Part shown: positions 33,601-48,600 of the stretch, piece by piece
How the letters are laid out: the number at the start of each line of letters is the position of its first letter
Numbering within the stretch: the stretch's first letter is position 1
Origin: Candidatus Aenigmatarchaeota archaeon
Lineage (GTDB): Archaea > Aenigmatarchaeota > Aenigmatarchaeia > CG10238-14
Assembly: GCA_026414305.1 (NCBI GenBank)
Contig: JAOAJH010000003.1
Location: 64,994 to 128,993, forward strand
Length of the DNA: 64,000 bases
Direction: 5' to 3'
Notes under the pieces: generated by a model
What the model was told of the DNA's origin: nothing
The model's database searches: none
Seen by the model: the letters and a program-made list of their open reading frames with translations, nothing else
Translations under genes and position numbers: made by a program

Positions 33601-36600
33601 AACCCAATATCCTCTTTGATTAGCTTGATAAACATGAATTGTGTAATTGTTATTGTAATTTGCAAGAGATGCATTCATTGTTACATTCCAAGCGCCAGCT
33701 TGATAGCTTGACGTGTCTATTGTACAATTGTAATTGCTGTTCAATTCATTAATTATTGGGTTGCAATAAATGTTTTGTGAGAAGCGATTTGATGTAAAGT
33801 TAACGGCTGCATTTGTTATAGGCAATTGACAATCATCTGATATATTTGCTCTTATGTAAACATATTCGCCGTCTGGATAGCTTGTTCGCAAATATTTTTC
33901 ACCTTTTGGTGCATTGATAAAGAGCTGTAAATCGCCAAGTATATTCACAGTAAAGTTGGTTGTTGTGTTTATGCTGTTGTAGCATGCATCGTTTGTTATT
34001 CCTGCTAGCCAGAATTGTCTGCCTAGAGTGTATGATGGTGATGAGCAGTTTGGATTGAAATAGAAATTCAAATAACCTGTGGAGTTTGTTTGTATATTGA
34101 AAGATGACCCATAAAATGAACCGTCAGTTGTTATCCATATTGTTGCGTTTGCGTTTGATGCTTTGACATTCTTTGTTATGTCAGTTGCATTTATTACAAA
34201 CAATGTTGTTTGATCTGCTGTTCTGTTTACAAACGAATTGTTGCCCAGTATGTAAACAAGCTGAACATTGTCTTTCACTATTGTCGGACCATTTGAAACA
34301 CTTGTGTTAAATCTTGTGAATGTATCATTTATTTCAAATCTAAATGATGCCAATCCTTGTTCATTGCAGTTAAAGTCATTAACAACAATCGAACAATTTC
34401 CAGGTGCTGTTATTGTGTTTGACCCTTTGTATATCCATGTTCCAGTTGTATTAGTATATAGCGAGCATGTAACTGTATCATTTTCTTCATCGAATATTTC
34501 TGCCGTATATGTGTATGTATCACCCCACCCTGAAACTTGTGGTGTTACTGACATGTTTGTCACATTTGGCTGTCTGTTTCTCAAATAAAACCAATCTACG
34601 TATAATGTTGAATTGTAATTGTAGTATGATTTTTGAACAGTTATGTTGACTGTATAATTGCCTTGCGCCTTGTTTGTTGTATCCCATGTGCAATTATAAT
34701 TGCCTGTTGATTCTTGATTGATTGGTGTACAGCTGAATGTGTTGTTTATTGTCAGCTGGCTTGAATCAACAGAAATGTTTCCATTATCTTCGGCTCCTTG
34801 CAAATAACAATCAGAATAAGTTGAATATTTGAATGTTACATTGTCAGTTACATTGAATTGAGTGTATTGTGGTGGTCTATATAGCAATGTATTTAATTGA
34901 CCATATATATTCATTGAAGGATAAGGCGCTGTCATGTTGCTGTCTTTGTAGCATGTGTTGCCTATGATGCCTGCTCTCCAATATTGCAAGCCTACTCTAT
35001 AATTGCAGTTTGGATTGAATAGATATGATAAACTGCCATTAACAGTTGTGTTGCTCCATCCAGCATCGAATGTTGGATTCATTGGTTCTGTGCTAAACCA
35101 TAGATAGCCTGTTATTTGTGATGTTGGTTCTTCACTGCTGTTTACAGTTACGTTTCTTCTATCTGTATCATTTACAATGACAATGAAGTTATATACATTG
35201 CCTGTATTCAAATTGCTTCTATTTATTATAGCACCGTTTCCTTGAACTATTGTGAATATGACATCATCTTTTTCAAAGTTGATCGTGAAATTGCTTGTTT
35301 CTGCTTTCAAACCATAAGAGTCTGATGTGTTGAATTTAAATCTTACTATAGGACCGTTTACATAATCTTCGCAACTGAAAATAGGATAGAAGAAGAATGT
35401 TTGTTGGCTTAAGCAAGACTCGCAATTTTGTTGAGAAACTTTTATCCATTCACCGCCATAACTCTTCCACAAACTTATGTTCAAATAATCTCCTGGATCA
35501 GAATCTTGCGCTGAAACATTGAATGTAAAGTTGTAACCCCATCCTTCTGTTGTTGGATAAACTTGATGGTTGTTTAATTGTGGCGAATATCTGATTCTGA
35601 ATGCGTTTTCTTTGAATGTAGAAGCTGAAGTATAGAAAGCTTTAGAAGCATCAGCGGTTTGATTGTAATCGCCTGTTCCTAAAACAGATGTTATAAGAGT
35701 GCAAGAATATTGTCCGTCTGGTGAGCCAGTGTTGTTTGAACAGCTTATGCCTTCGCCTGCTACTGATATCTGGACAGAAGCACCTTGAACATACTCGCAT
35801 TCATCAGAAACATTTGCAACTGTAAACACATTATATCCAACTGGATAATATTCTCCTGATGGTCTTGTTATCAAAACATTCAAAGAAGAATTGATAAACA
35901 AAGTAAAGTTTGATGATGTGTTTGCATAATAGTATATGCCTGGTTCTGTGCTGCTTGAAAATGTTGCATTCCACCATTGCATTCCTGTTCTGAAAAAGTC
36001 GATGCCACCATCAGTAGCAGGGCATGTTGGGTTGAAAGAAAATTCTGCATAACCAGGACCGCTTTGACCAGTTGTGTTTGATCTTGGTGTTGTTGACCAA
36101 ACATTGCCATTTTGTGTAAACCAGAAATTAACTGATAATCCGTTCAAAGGTTCATCAGCACCGCCGTCAACACCAACTCTAAACAATCTTACTCTAACTT
36201 GAGTTGTGTTGCTTCCTAATCTGCTTACACTTGTGTCATTTCCAGAAACATATGTAATGTATACAGGTCTTTTTGTAACATTGAATGTGTAAATTGATGA
36301 AGAAGCTGAGCCATTATATAAATCAGATGCATTGATAAACCATTCATAATTGCCTATGTTGACGCCGTCTGGATATTTCTTTGTAAGCACAAGCTGCTGA
36401 TTGATGTAATCATAAACAATTGATGAATTTGCTAGCTGGAATTGTGAAGATGGATCACAACCGTTTGGCGTTATGTTGCCACCAATACATCTCACCCATA
36501 GACTGACATTGACATAATCATCATCATCTGTTACATTAACTCTGAATGAGAAGGTTGAACCCCACCAAGTTGAATTTGGTGATACAAATAAAGATGTTAG

Positions 36601-39600
36601 CTGTGGATTGACTTGATGGAAGAATGATTGGCTTTTGAATAAGCTAGCATTATTGTAGTAATTCTTTGAAGAATTCATTGTTATTGAATACCAACCAGAC
36701 GGGTTGTTTGATATATTCCAAGTGCAGTTATACCAACCATTTCCAAATGAATAATCTATGCAATAATCAACAAAATTGCTGTGGTTGAGTTTTAATGTTA
36801 TGTTTGCGTTTGTTATAGGTATTAAACACTCGTCAGTTATGTTGGTTTTTATTGAAACATTTTGGTTTGAATAGTATACTTGACCATTTGGCGAAGATAT
36901 TGTGTTGTTTAGCCATCCAAATATTGTTATGTTGAGTTGAGATGTTATATTGCTGTCTTTGTAACAAGCATCATTGTATATTCCTCCCTTCCATTGTTGC
37001 AAGCCAGGCTGATAGCTGCAATTTGGTGAGAAATAATAGCTTATATATCCTTGACTATCTGTTTGATTGGCATTACCTAAATCAAAATCAACATAATTTG
37101 TTGTAACAAATATTCTTGCATTCAATCCAGCAGGTACATAACTTTTGTTATCAGTATCATAAACTCTTAGCCTTAGCTGCTTATACTCTGATCTATTCAC
37201 AGCAGAATTGTTTCCTGTTGACAAGTCAATGTATCTGGCATCAACATCATTTTTGTTGACAGTAAAGCTTATGCCTCCTGTGTCTGTTTTATTGTAAACA
37301 TCACTTGCATTGAACTTGAAATAATATTGTGGTATTGCGCTGCAGTCTAAACCTTTATAATAGAACGTTAATTGCTGTTTGCTTCCACAGTTGTAGCATA
37401 TCTGAGATGATATAAATTGCCATGTTTGATTATCTGGTGAAAGCCATAAACTGACATTTATGTCTTGAGCATTTTGATCGCTTACATTGACTATAAATGT
37501 AAAGTTTTCACCCCAACCCCAATCTTGCTCAGGCAAAACTGTCACATTTTCTAAAACAGGTGGAACCCATTGTTGCACAACACGGAATTTGTTTGTTGCA
37601 AGCACAGTTGCATTGTTGTAATATTGAACATTGGTTGCATTCATTCTTATGTTGTACCAACCTTCTTGTATTTCTGTTGCGTTCAAAGTGCAGTTATAGC
37701 TTCCATCATTGTTGTTGCTAACAGGTGAGCATTGATAGCTGTTTCCGAAGCCAACGCTTATTGCTGTAAATGTAACTGTAGCATTTTCATTGTAACGCAA
37801 ATTGCATTCATCTGTCACTGTTCCGTTTATTGGAATATATAACAAAAGATTTCTAAAGTATGTCTCACCATCAGGATAAGTTACATTTGGTGTTAAATCA
37901 GCTATTATTGTAACATTGTATTCTTGCGCTGTCGAGTCTTTATAGCATGAATCAGATGAAGTATAACCTTGCCAGTTGAATTTTCCTGGTTCATAACTGC
38001 ATGATGGATTGAAATTGTATTCAACATAACCTGTTGTATTAGTAGTGTTAGATCCATCAACCAAATAGGATGTGCCGTTGAAAACTCTAAACCACACTTG
38101 AGGTTTGGCAGATGCACCAAGCAAATAATAAGCTGGTTGATTTTTATCTGTGTCATTGACAAATAAAACAAATTTTGTTGAGTTGATGCCATTTCTATTT
38201 ACAATAGAATCATGACCTGATGAATAGCTTATAACAATATCATTTTTCACAAGGACGTGAGATTGTTCGGTTGTGTTTGAATTTGTAGCTGGCACGCCTG
38301 GCTCACTTGCATTAAATGCATAATATCTTAAAGCAGATGCTTGATATTGATCGCATGTATAATCTTTTGTGAAATTAACCATTGTATTTTGTGGATTGCT
38401 GATGTATTTACATTCTGTGACTTGCCATTGAGTTGCTGGCGTCCTTTCAAGCAAACAAACATTCACAGGTGCATAATGGGTAGCATAAACAGTAAAGTTG
38501 TGCAACTCACCCCAGCTACCATCGCCTGGATAGATGACTTGCGGTGAGCTAAGCTGAACAGGTGTAACAAGGAAGAATGCATTTTGTTGATAATCGCTGC
38601 CGTTTATGTGATAGTCTTTGCTTGACTCCATAGTTACATTGTAAAATCCTCCTGGTTTGCCAGTTGAATCCCATGTACACAAATAATAGTTGCCGGTAGA
38701 GTTTGTAATATAGCCAGAGACTGGACAATAATAAACATTTGATCCTGACTGAAGTTTGAATCTAACATTAGCATTTGTTACAGCTTGTGAACAATCATCT
38801 GTTATTTCGCCTAAAAGAAGGATTTGATCATTTTGAGTATAATTTACTGTTCCGTCTGGTAAAATTAAATTGTTTATTAGGCTGCCGTAAATGTTGACGA
38901 AAAATTCTTGAGATGTGTTTGTTGAGTAGCATGATGATGTTGTGTTTACTTTCCATTTTTGCATTCCAGATTGAAACGTACAATTTGGATTAAAGTCAAA
39001 ATAATAATGAGATGTGTTGCTTAATTCAAACTCCTCTATGTATTGGCTACCTGTGTTAATCCAAGTGTAGACGTCTGAAGTTGATATTGCTGTTTCATAT
39101 TTTCTAGTTACTAAATTGAATATTTGAACAGCCAATCTTCTTTGATTGCTTGGTTCTGTATCACTTCTGTTTACATCTGTGTTATTGCCTTGCGAATGCA
39201 AAATTGATATATCTGATTTTGTAACATTGAAAATAAATGTTGATGTTAAATTAGTGAATGATGTTGCTGATGTTGCATTGAATTGAAGCTGCCATTCGCC
39301 TATATTATAGCAGCTGAAATTGTTTTGTGTCAAGAAATAATAGTTATTGCAATTATTGCAGGTAGTAGTGTTTTGTACAAACCAATTGTCTGTTTGATTT
39401 CTCAACCACAATCTTGTTAAAACAGATTCATTATCAACATTTGTAACATAAACAGAAAAGTTGAATGGTTTTAATTCCCAGCTGCCTGTTGGATATGGTT
39501 GTATTTGTACATTGTTTAATTGTGGTGTGGATGACAAGAAAAATGCATTTTGTTTGAAAAAGCTGCTATTCCAATATTTACCTTCTTCTGTGCCTTCTGT

Positions 39601-42600
39601 AAACGATATCATTGTAATGTTATACCATCCTAATGGAGCATTTGTTGGGATTGACCAAGACGTTGATGTCAAGTCAGCTGTAACTCTGTATTGAGTTGAT
39701 TCATGTGACAAAATATATTCTGCGCCGAATTTTGCAGAATCTGTTTTTACATCATTGCAATCATCTTTTATTACACCGTCTAAATTAACAATAGATCCTC
39801 TTGTAAAGTTAATATTCGATGGTTGAGTCAAGTATGAATTGGACAAGTCACCGACAAGCACAAATGGATAAATTCCTGTTGCATTATTCTTGTATGTGAC
39901 TGCTCCTTCTATGCCACCTCTCCAATAATTTTGACCCAAATAATAATCTGTGACAAAACACCATTGATTTGAAACATTGCTCATTTGTCTTGTTATGTGG
40001 CCTGTTGTATTCGCTGATAAAGATGGTGATAGATCAAATGTTGCGTTGCTTCCGAATTTTGAAATATATATTCTTCCTTTTCCTTCATCTACTTCACCTT
40101 GAGTCAAATAATAAGGTGATGTTTGATTGTCCCTATCATAGACAAGAATTACAAAATCACTTGTTCTGCTTCTGTTAACTGTCATGTTATAACCAGGATA
40201 TGCAAAGTCAACATTTATGTCATCTGCTTCTACTGTGTATGGATAGCCATTCAATGTAGAAGTGCCGTCATCATTGGTTGCATTGAACTTGAAATCCCAA
40301 CTGCTTATGTCGCTGCCAACATAATCATAACTAAAGTTTGCTTGGTTCCAATTTAAACATGAATAACAAACCCAGCTTCCGATCAAGCTATATTCGCCAG
40401 CACCTTTTTTATGCCAAGCATATACAGTAACGTTTCTACCAAAACGATCTCTTATTTGAACAGAGAAATTGAATTGCTCGCCCCAACCACCTGTTAATCT
40501 TGTGCTATTGCCGTTTATATATAGAGTCGCATTTTCAAGTAAAGGTGTGTATTTGTATATTTTTGATTTTATGAAAATTTCTTGAGGTTCTTCAAACTTC
40601 TTTCCTACATTCCAAGTATAGCTTATTTTGCTCAATGTGATGTTTGTGTAAGCATCATCAGTTGCATCAGCATATCCTTCTATTTTTATTTGTCTTGATG
40701 GTAAAACATAATTTGAATCCAATATTGTATAGTTTTGCCAATTTGCTAAAGTAAAGCTGTCATGACTATAATTCTGCCATAAAGTTGAATAAACATTTAA
40801 ATCGTTTGTCAAGCTTATTTTTGCATGACCGATTGTATTTCTATAGCCAAATAACTCTTGTCTTGTCAGCAAGCTTATTGATGAAAGTGTTTCATATCTT
40901 GCATTAACCGGCTTTGTGAATGTATATGTCTGTTCTGTTAAGCAATCGTTGCCCACACAAGAAATTAATGTATCATTTGTGAAAGTTATTTTTTGTCTTT
41001 CATCTTTGACTGCTTCTGCTATTAAAACTTTTTTACCTTCAACACTACAGTTCAATGTAAAGTTCAAATAAGTGCTATCATAAGATTCTATTTCTGGCAA
41101 AGACCAAGAAATTTTTCTTGAAGTTGAGTTCCAGCTTCCAGAATTTTGAATCGCTGTGACAGAGCAATCTTGTGGAATGAATAGTGTCACATTCCAACCA
41201 GTAGCATTAATGTCACCTATGTTTGTAACCTTTAAAGAATAATCATAGTTTCTGTTTAATTGTGCTGATCTTGGTTCAACCCATGGATAATCTGATTGTT
41301 GTAAAGCCTCCAAATCAAATTCTAAATGAGCTTCTTGAGAATAATTTGCTGTTTGAACTTTGAAATTATCTCTTTCTATCAAGTTTCTGCTGTCCCAAGA
41401 AATATTCCATCTAAATTGGCCTTCTCTTGACAAGTCAACTGGGGCTTTTATTTGATATGTGAGAACAGCATATTCGTTTACTCCTATTTCACCTAATGTC
41501 CACGTTATTCTATTCCTTATCAAATCAACTTGTGTTGATACTAAATCTATATTGTCGCCATATTCATTCGTCTTTATGAATGGGTTGGCAGGTATCCAAC
41601 CAGATGATATATCTTCTCTAACAACTGTAGTACCTGATGTCGGCGCACAACCTTTATTGTGTATTGTTAATTGAGCATCAAAGACTTTGTCATTACCAAC
41701 ATACTTTGGCATTTCTCTTGTTACTTCTAGAATTGCAATTGAATTGCTTTGTTGAATTTGTTTGCTTAATGTCATGGATTTAGCAGTTGGATAATTGTAT
41801 TTTATTGTTGCATTTATTGTTGCAGTTTCGGAAGCAGCATTGCTTGATGTTATTGAAAAGTTTGCTGTATAATTGCCTTTTGATGTTGCATTTATCAAAA
41901 CATAAGAAGGTTGACTTGACCATCCTGTTGGAATTTGTAAAGACACATTGTATTGTATAAAATCATTAAATGGATGGTAAATATTGATTGAAAAACTTTC
42001 TGTGGAAGAATTGCAAATCCAGTCATATGCGTAAACTCTTGCTTGAATTTGGCTAAGCTCAAATGGTTCTATTCTTTTTGTTTTATTTCCATAATCAACA
42101 TAAGCTCTAATTGAATATGTTCCTTGCTGCCAGCCTGTTGTATCGATATTGTTAACAAAAAATAAACTTGTGCCTGTTGGTATGTTTACATTTTGTGATG
42201 AATAATTCACAACTCCGCTAGGTCCTGTGATGTTTAGCCATAAAACACCTGTTTGAGATTGGCCAGAATTTCCAACTCTAACAGTAACATTGATTTTTTC
42301 ATTTGGTTCTATGCCAGTTAATTGCATAGAAGATGATGTTATGTTTATATCTTGCACTTTGACAGTTTGGTTGTAGTAAGGTGTAAATTGCAATTGATTG
42401 ATGTTTATATAATTGTCGCCGATATTTTCTATTTTTACAACACAATAACCTGTTTCGTTTGAATTTAGCTGGTTTTGTAATATAGGTATAAATTCTGTTG
42501 ATGTTGAATTCAAATATCTTTCTGCTATTTCAATCCAAGTTGTACCATTGTAGGAATATAATTTTGTTTTCGTTTCTGTTCCATTCCATGAAGCAGTTAA

Positions 42601-45600
42601 ATTCGCTATTCTATAATCACCAGATTCGCAAGGCCAGCTGAATGTTTTTGACTGCAAAGGTTGAATTATCGTTGGCAAAGTTTCAGTAACAGATGGCGTT
42701 GCTGGTTTGTAAGAAACAAGTTTATTTGAATATATAGTTTCATTGTTTGCATTAGTTGAATTCACATAAACTGTAAAGTTCTGCTCTCCATAACTGGTTG
42801 AATTAACTTGCCATGAAACTCTATAATGTTGGCCTACATTTACAGTACCTAAACTCTTTGTCGATTGATCAACTTGCCAACCTGATGGTGCACGCAAAGT
42901 TACAAAAACATTTTCTGCTGATGCAACCCATGCTGTTATTGTTGCATTGACAGTAAAGTTTCTTCCGGCAAAAACTTCTTTTGGTGTCAATACTTCTTCA
43001 GCATCTATTTGAGGTTGGCATCCAGGCAATTGAATTGTTATCGTACCATTGCCCATTTGGCTTGGTTTATAATATTGCTCCGATGAATTGATTTCAGCTG
43101 TCCATAATTGTGTTCCTTCATAGAAACCGTAGCAACTGGTGATGTTGAATAAAAATCTTGCATAGCCTGTTTCATTTGTTAAAGCTGTTCCTAAAATTAT
43201 ATAACCTTCTGGATAGCCTGAATTGAAAATCTTGAAAGTAACAGTTGCTGATGGACTAGTAACATTATATGTCTGCCTATCCAAATCATAAACTCTTGCT
43301 GACAAATATTGAGGTTGCACATCTTTTATCAAAGTTGTTAAATTACCTTCGCCGCCATAAGTTATGTTTGTATCATCCTTTTCAACTGTTACTGACAAAA
43401 CTTGTTCTGTCTGTGTGCCATCTAACTTGAATTGATAATACCATGTGCCTTGGTCAAATGCAGTGAAATTGCGATACCAATATTTGGTTGAGCCTATGCA
43501 ATTATCGCATTCCAAAGGAGTTTGGTTTAAGCATATATTAGATGGACATAAAGTTATTGGTGGCCAAAATTGGGCCATGTATATGCTAGCATTCAAAACA
43601 TTTTCAGAATCGCCACTGCTTACATTTATCGAAAAATTCCAGTTTCTGTAACCCCATCCTTCTGTTGTTGGATATGCGTATGGTTGCAACAGCTTCTTGA
43701 TTGGATATAAATAGAATAAGCCAGGATTGCCTAGATTGTTTGTATAATTTGTGTAATGCTGATCTCTTACAGCATACATACTTGCGTTATACCAACCCAT
43801 TGGTGTGTTTATTGTTGTTGGCAATTCACATGTAAATGCGTTTGAACCGACTTGACTAATATCTGTACATTCTATACTTGTTGAAGATTTGTTGATGAAA
43901 TATCTTACTGTTGGCGTTAATGGATCATTACAATCATCACTTGTAGCGCCCAAAAATGGAATTTCTTGCTCTTGAGTAAAGTTTGATGATTCATCTGGCC
44001 TGACAAAGCTTAGTATTATATCACCTGTTACGTTTACAGCCAATCCAAAACTTGTTTCAGTATTATTATCTTGATAGCAGTCGTTGTTTGACAAAACAGC
44101 TCTCCATTTTTGCAAACCTACTTGATATTTTGGACTGCAAATAGCTTGGAAATAATAATTTGCATAAGCAGAAGCGTTTGTCGATGTTGTATAACCTGCA
44201 TCATAAATAGAACCGTCTAATGTTACGTAAAATACAAGTGGCAAATTGTTTACTAGTGTTCCATTTAAATCCCTTGTCCTTAAAGCAAGCAGTGTTGATG
44301 TTTTACCTCTTCTTGTTTCTGTATTGTTGCCAATGATATTTTCAAAAATTATTTTGTCTTTTGTAATTGTAAACAGCGATTGAGTTGAATTTGTTGTGCC
44401 TGCATCATTTGTTGCGTTGAATTTAACAAAAACAGGTGAACCTATATCATTGCAGCCTGGATCAAATTCATATGTATAGTTTCTCCATGGACCAGTTGTC
44501 GGGCCTGGTGCATTGTAATTTTGGCAATTACCTACTTGCAACCAAGGCTCGCTGCCAGTCTTGCTGAAATAAGAGCATACATTAACATTTGTATCTGAAT
44601 TGCTTACTCTTACGCTTATGTTAAAAGTAAAATTATAACCCCATGAGCCACTTGAGCTACCTGTTTCTTTGCTTATTACTATTGGATTTTCTAATTCTAT
44701 AACAGCAGGTGGAGATTGTATTTGCACATCTCTACAAGATGCTGCCCTAGTTGAATTTTCCGTTGCATTTGCTATTATACAAAATCTATATGTTCCTGGA
44801 ATCACACCTGTAGTGTTGACTGTGTAATAATAATCTGTGTGAGCCTGCTTTGTTTCTTTGCTTGAAATATTTCCCAAATATGTTATGTTGTTTTGATGAT
44901 TTGTTGAGTTTCTTACATTAAAATTAGCTGTGTAGTTGATTAAGACAATTACATTTGTAGCACTACCTGGTCCATCATTATATATTGATGAAGAAATATT
45001 AAACGAATCTCCGCTATATATAGGTGGATTTGTCAATTCACCTTTTTTTATTACAGGTTCGCTGACAATCAATGAGGCACCACATGAAATAAGAGATGTA
45101 TAATTTTTATCATAAAATAAGTATGTCACATTTCTTGTCAATGCTTTGAAAACAAATGTACCATTTGTTTGATATGGCACTGTAATCAAATAAGTGTAGT
45201 TTCTTGAATTATCTTTTCCTGTTGGAATAAAATTGATGTTGTTATTTCCCCAAATTATGTTGTTGCTGCTATAAACATTTGCAGATGGATTGAAGTTTGA
45301 AAATTGCAAATCATTCCAATGTGTTACAGTTTGGTTATATTTGTTTTCAGTCACATTAAAGTTTGTTGCTGGCAAATTTCCTTTGTTAAATACTTGTAGT
45401 TTTACTGAGAACGGTTGGCACATGTTTGAAGTTGGGAAGCCTTCTTCTTCGTTACTACTTGTTGTATTATAATATCTAACTGTTTTTATGAATGGTGATA
45501 AAACATTTACTACATTTCTATCTGTTTTGAAAAGGTAATCTTTGTTTTGTCTCATCCATCCAACATAATTTGTGTAAAAGACTTTTCCACCAGGTGTTAT

Positions 45601-48600
45601 ATTATTTTCAGGTAAAACTGTTGTTGTAAAATCTACATAATGGTTTAAATTGCCGACTGATGCAGTTGCTGCAGCAGCAAATCTTATTACTGTACCGCCA
45701 ACTGAATATGGTGAAAATTTAACAATCCATCCCTCTTCTGGCGATCCTATTGGATAACCTGGGTCTGGAGATGTTGCTCTGACAGTCGCGCCATTGTTAT
45801 CCACAATTCTGAAATTTGTCGGTCTTTGAAATCCCGGTGGTATATATAGCTCGACATAATGAACAACTGTCTGCGTTGCGGCACCATCAATTGATGTAAA
45901 ACCTTCACTACCACCCAATTTTGCAATTGCTCTCAGAGCTAATTGTTCATTTGGATAAACTGATGTCTTATTCAAAGTTGTAGTTATTGTCGGTGATTGG
46001 GTTCCAGTTAATGCAGATATTAAAGAAACATGTTGGTTTGTAACCATTTGTGGTTCTCTTGTTATTGGATCAATCCACTCGGCTTGCAAAATAAATGTTT
46101 CTTCGCCTGTATCGTCAGTTGGTCTATAAGGAATATCTGCCATAAAACATGAAGAGGTATTTATTCTTACATTATACCATCTAACTTCACCTGTTGCATT
46201 ATAATCAGGTTGCGGCACGGCTGGTGGACCATCTGTTTCTGTTATAAAATAAACATTTGAACCGGCTGTAAAATCAGTAACATTTACAGTTAAATTGTAA
46301 TCACCATAATTGCAAACATATATTTGTCTGAAATTTTTAAAGCAAGGCTGACCGTCTGCATCTGCACATACAGACGCATGACCAGTACCACAGTTTGTTG
46401 TCTGACCACCTGTATCTTCACAGTTTGCGCCAAGTTTTCTCGGTGTACTAGTGAATAAAACAATATCATTTGATGTTCCTCCTTCATCTGTATATACAGT
46501 AAAAGTTTTTGTATGTTGAACGGTTGTTTGATTGTAAGATATATTTACATAAGCAGTGTAAGTTGTAGCCTGTATATTATCAGGGACATATATCGTATAT
46601 ACAACTCTTCTTTCGCTCCAATTTGGTCTTGATGAAGTTCCTGATAAAGAAATTGATTGTGTTTTTCCTTCTTCAACAAACCAATCAACTGAATTGCCGC
46701 TTGAATCCTTTATATCAATGCTTATGTTAGCTTGCTTTGCAGATGAATTGTAATTTGCTAATGGTACTACTATTCTTGCTAAATGACCTCTTGAAATTAC
46801 ATCTGTAGGCTCGCCTGTAGGGCCAAATATTTTTATCGGTCTTACAAGATTTATGTTTTGACAATCAATTATGTATGCGTAAAATTCATTTGTATCAAAC
46901 ATTGGTCCTTGTGTTCTTGTTTTTGGCAAAACTCTTAGTTTTGTTAAACCCAAAGATGCTGTCCTATTAATTGTAATGTTCCATCTGAAATGTTCACCCC
47001 ACTCACATTTATCACCATTAGTTGTTCCAAAATCAGAAGTACATGTATCTGTTTGACCAACACCACTTCCTGTGACTGGGTTGCTATCACCAGTCATTAA
47101 AAAGAATCCTGCTACACCATTTGATGTTATTGGTTTCCAAGAACCGTCATATACTTGAAATTCCCATTGCTGAGATATGCCAGCATCGTCATCTGCTTCA
47201 TCTGTTAATAAAACATTAAATGAATAATTTTCATGATTTCTACACATAACAACAGGGTCTCTATATTGGTCAAAGCTGTTGAATACTACATGCTGGACAG
47301 CATCAGTTACGTTGCTTGTTCTATAGTAATAAGGCATAAATTTGAAGAAATAATAAACAACATCAACCACAATAAATGTCCATGGTTTTGATTCTTCATA
47401 AACAAGCGAACCATTATAATAAACTGTTAATGGACCTGCCAAATATATAGCAGGGTCAACATCTGGTGTTGTAAAGCTGTATTTTAATGTTTTTTCGTCG
47501 CCGTAGTTCAAGCTGTTAAAACTCCATATGATCCAAGTTTCGTTTTCTTTTCTTTCTATTCTTGCGCCATACACTGTTATTTCTAAAAAGCTGTTAGGTA
47601 GTTTTTCTATAAATGTAACATTGCTTGCATTCACATAAGACTTTATTTTTAATTCAGCTGTGTTTGGATGACCTATATCTATTAATGTCTTCATCTTTCT
47701 TTGTATATCAAATTCAACGTAATCTCTTGATTCAAAGAATGTTTGATAATCAACTGAAAAGTTTGAACCATATGCTGATACTTCTATTGAATAATATCCA
47801 GTTTCATTTACATCATAAAGTAGTGTTAAACTTCCGTCAAATTCATCAGTTGAAAAATCTCCATTATAGCTGTTGAATGTTGTTATTTGTCCTGATGGAG
47901 ACAATATATTCATGATGACAGTTGCATCATACGCTCTTTTGCCTTCATTGTTCAAAACACCAACTGTTATCTTTGCCTTGTCATTTTTCAAGTAAATGCT
48001 CTTGTCTGTATTGACATTTATCAAACCGACAGCAAACTCTATCTCCTCTTCAACTATAACTTCACCTGGGTTGGGACTAACATAGCTGAATCTAACTTTT
48101 AGTTTGTGAATACCAGGCTTGAAGTCTCTTTCTGTATCAAGTTCTATATAGAATTTTCCTGGGTTCTCGTTATCTGCTATAACGCTTAATTCTGTTATAT
48201 TACCTTCAGGGTCTATAGAATATGCAGAAACATTAACATCTGGATAAAGCATTCCATCTTCATCAATAGCTTCTATCTCAAACCTTATTTTTTCTCCAAG
48301 ATCATAATTGAATTTTTCTTGTTTAATTTTTGGTTTCACAACCTTGTGTTTCAAAACATCAAAAACTATTATTTCAGTTGTGTTTCCATATTCTGTTTCT
48401 GCTTTTATTTCAGCTGTGTATTTACCATAATTTTTTGGTAGCAAAGTTAAGTTGAAAACAAAATCCCCTTCTGTATAAACTTCCCTTTGCGCAACAATAT
48501 CGCTTTTTGCATCCTTCAAGACAAGTTTCACATTCCCATTTGTTTTGCTATCGCCATAAATTAAACTTCCATTCACAAGTATTGACTTGAATTTTGTTTC

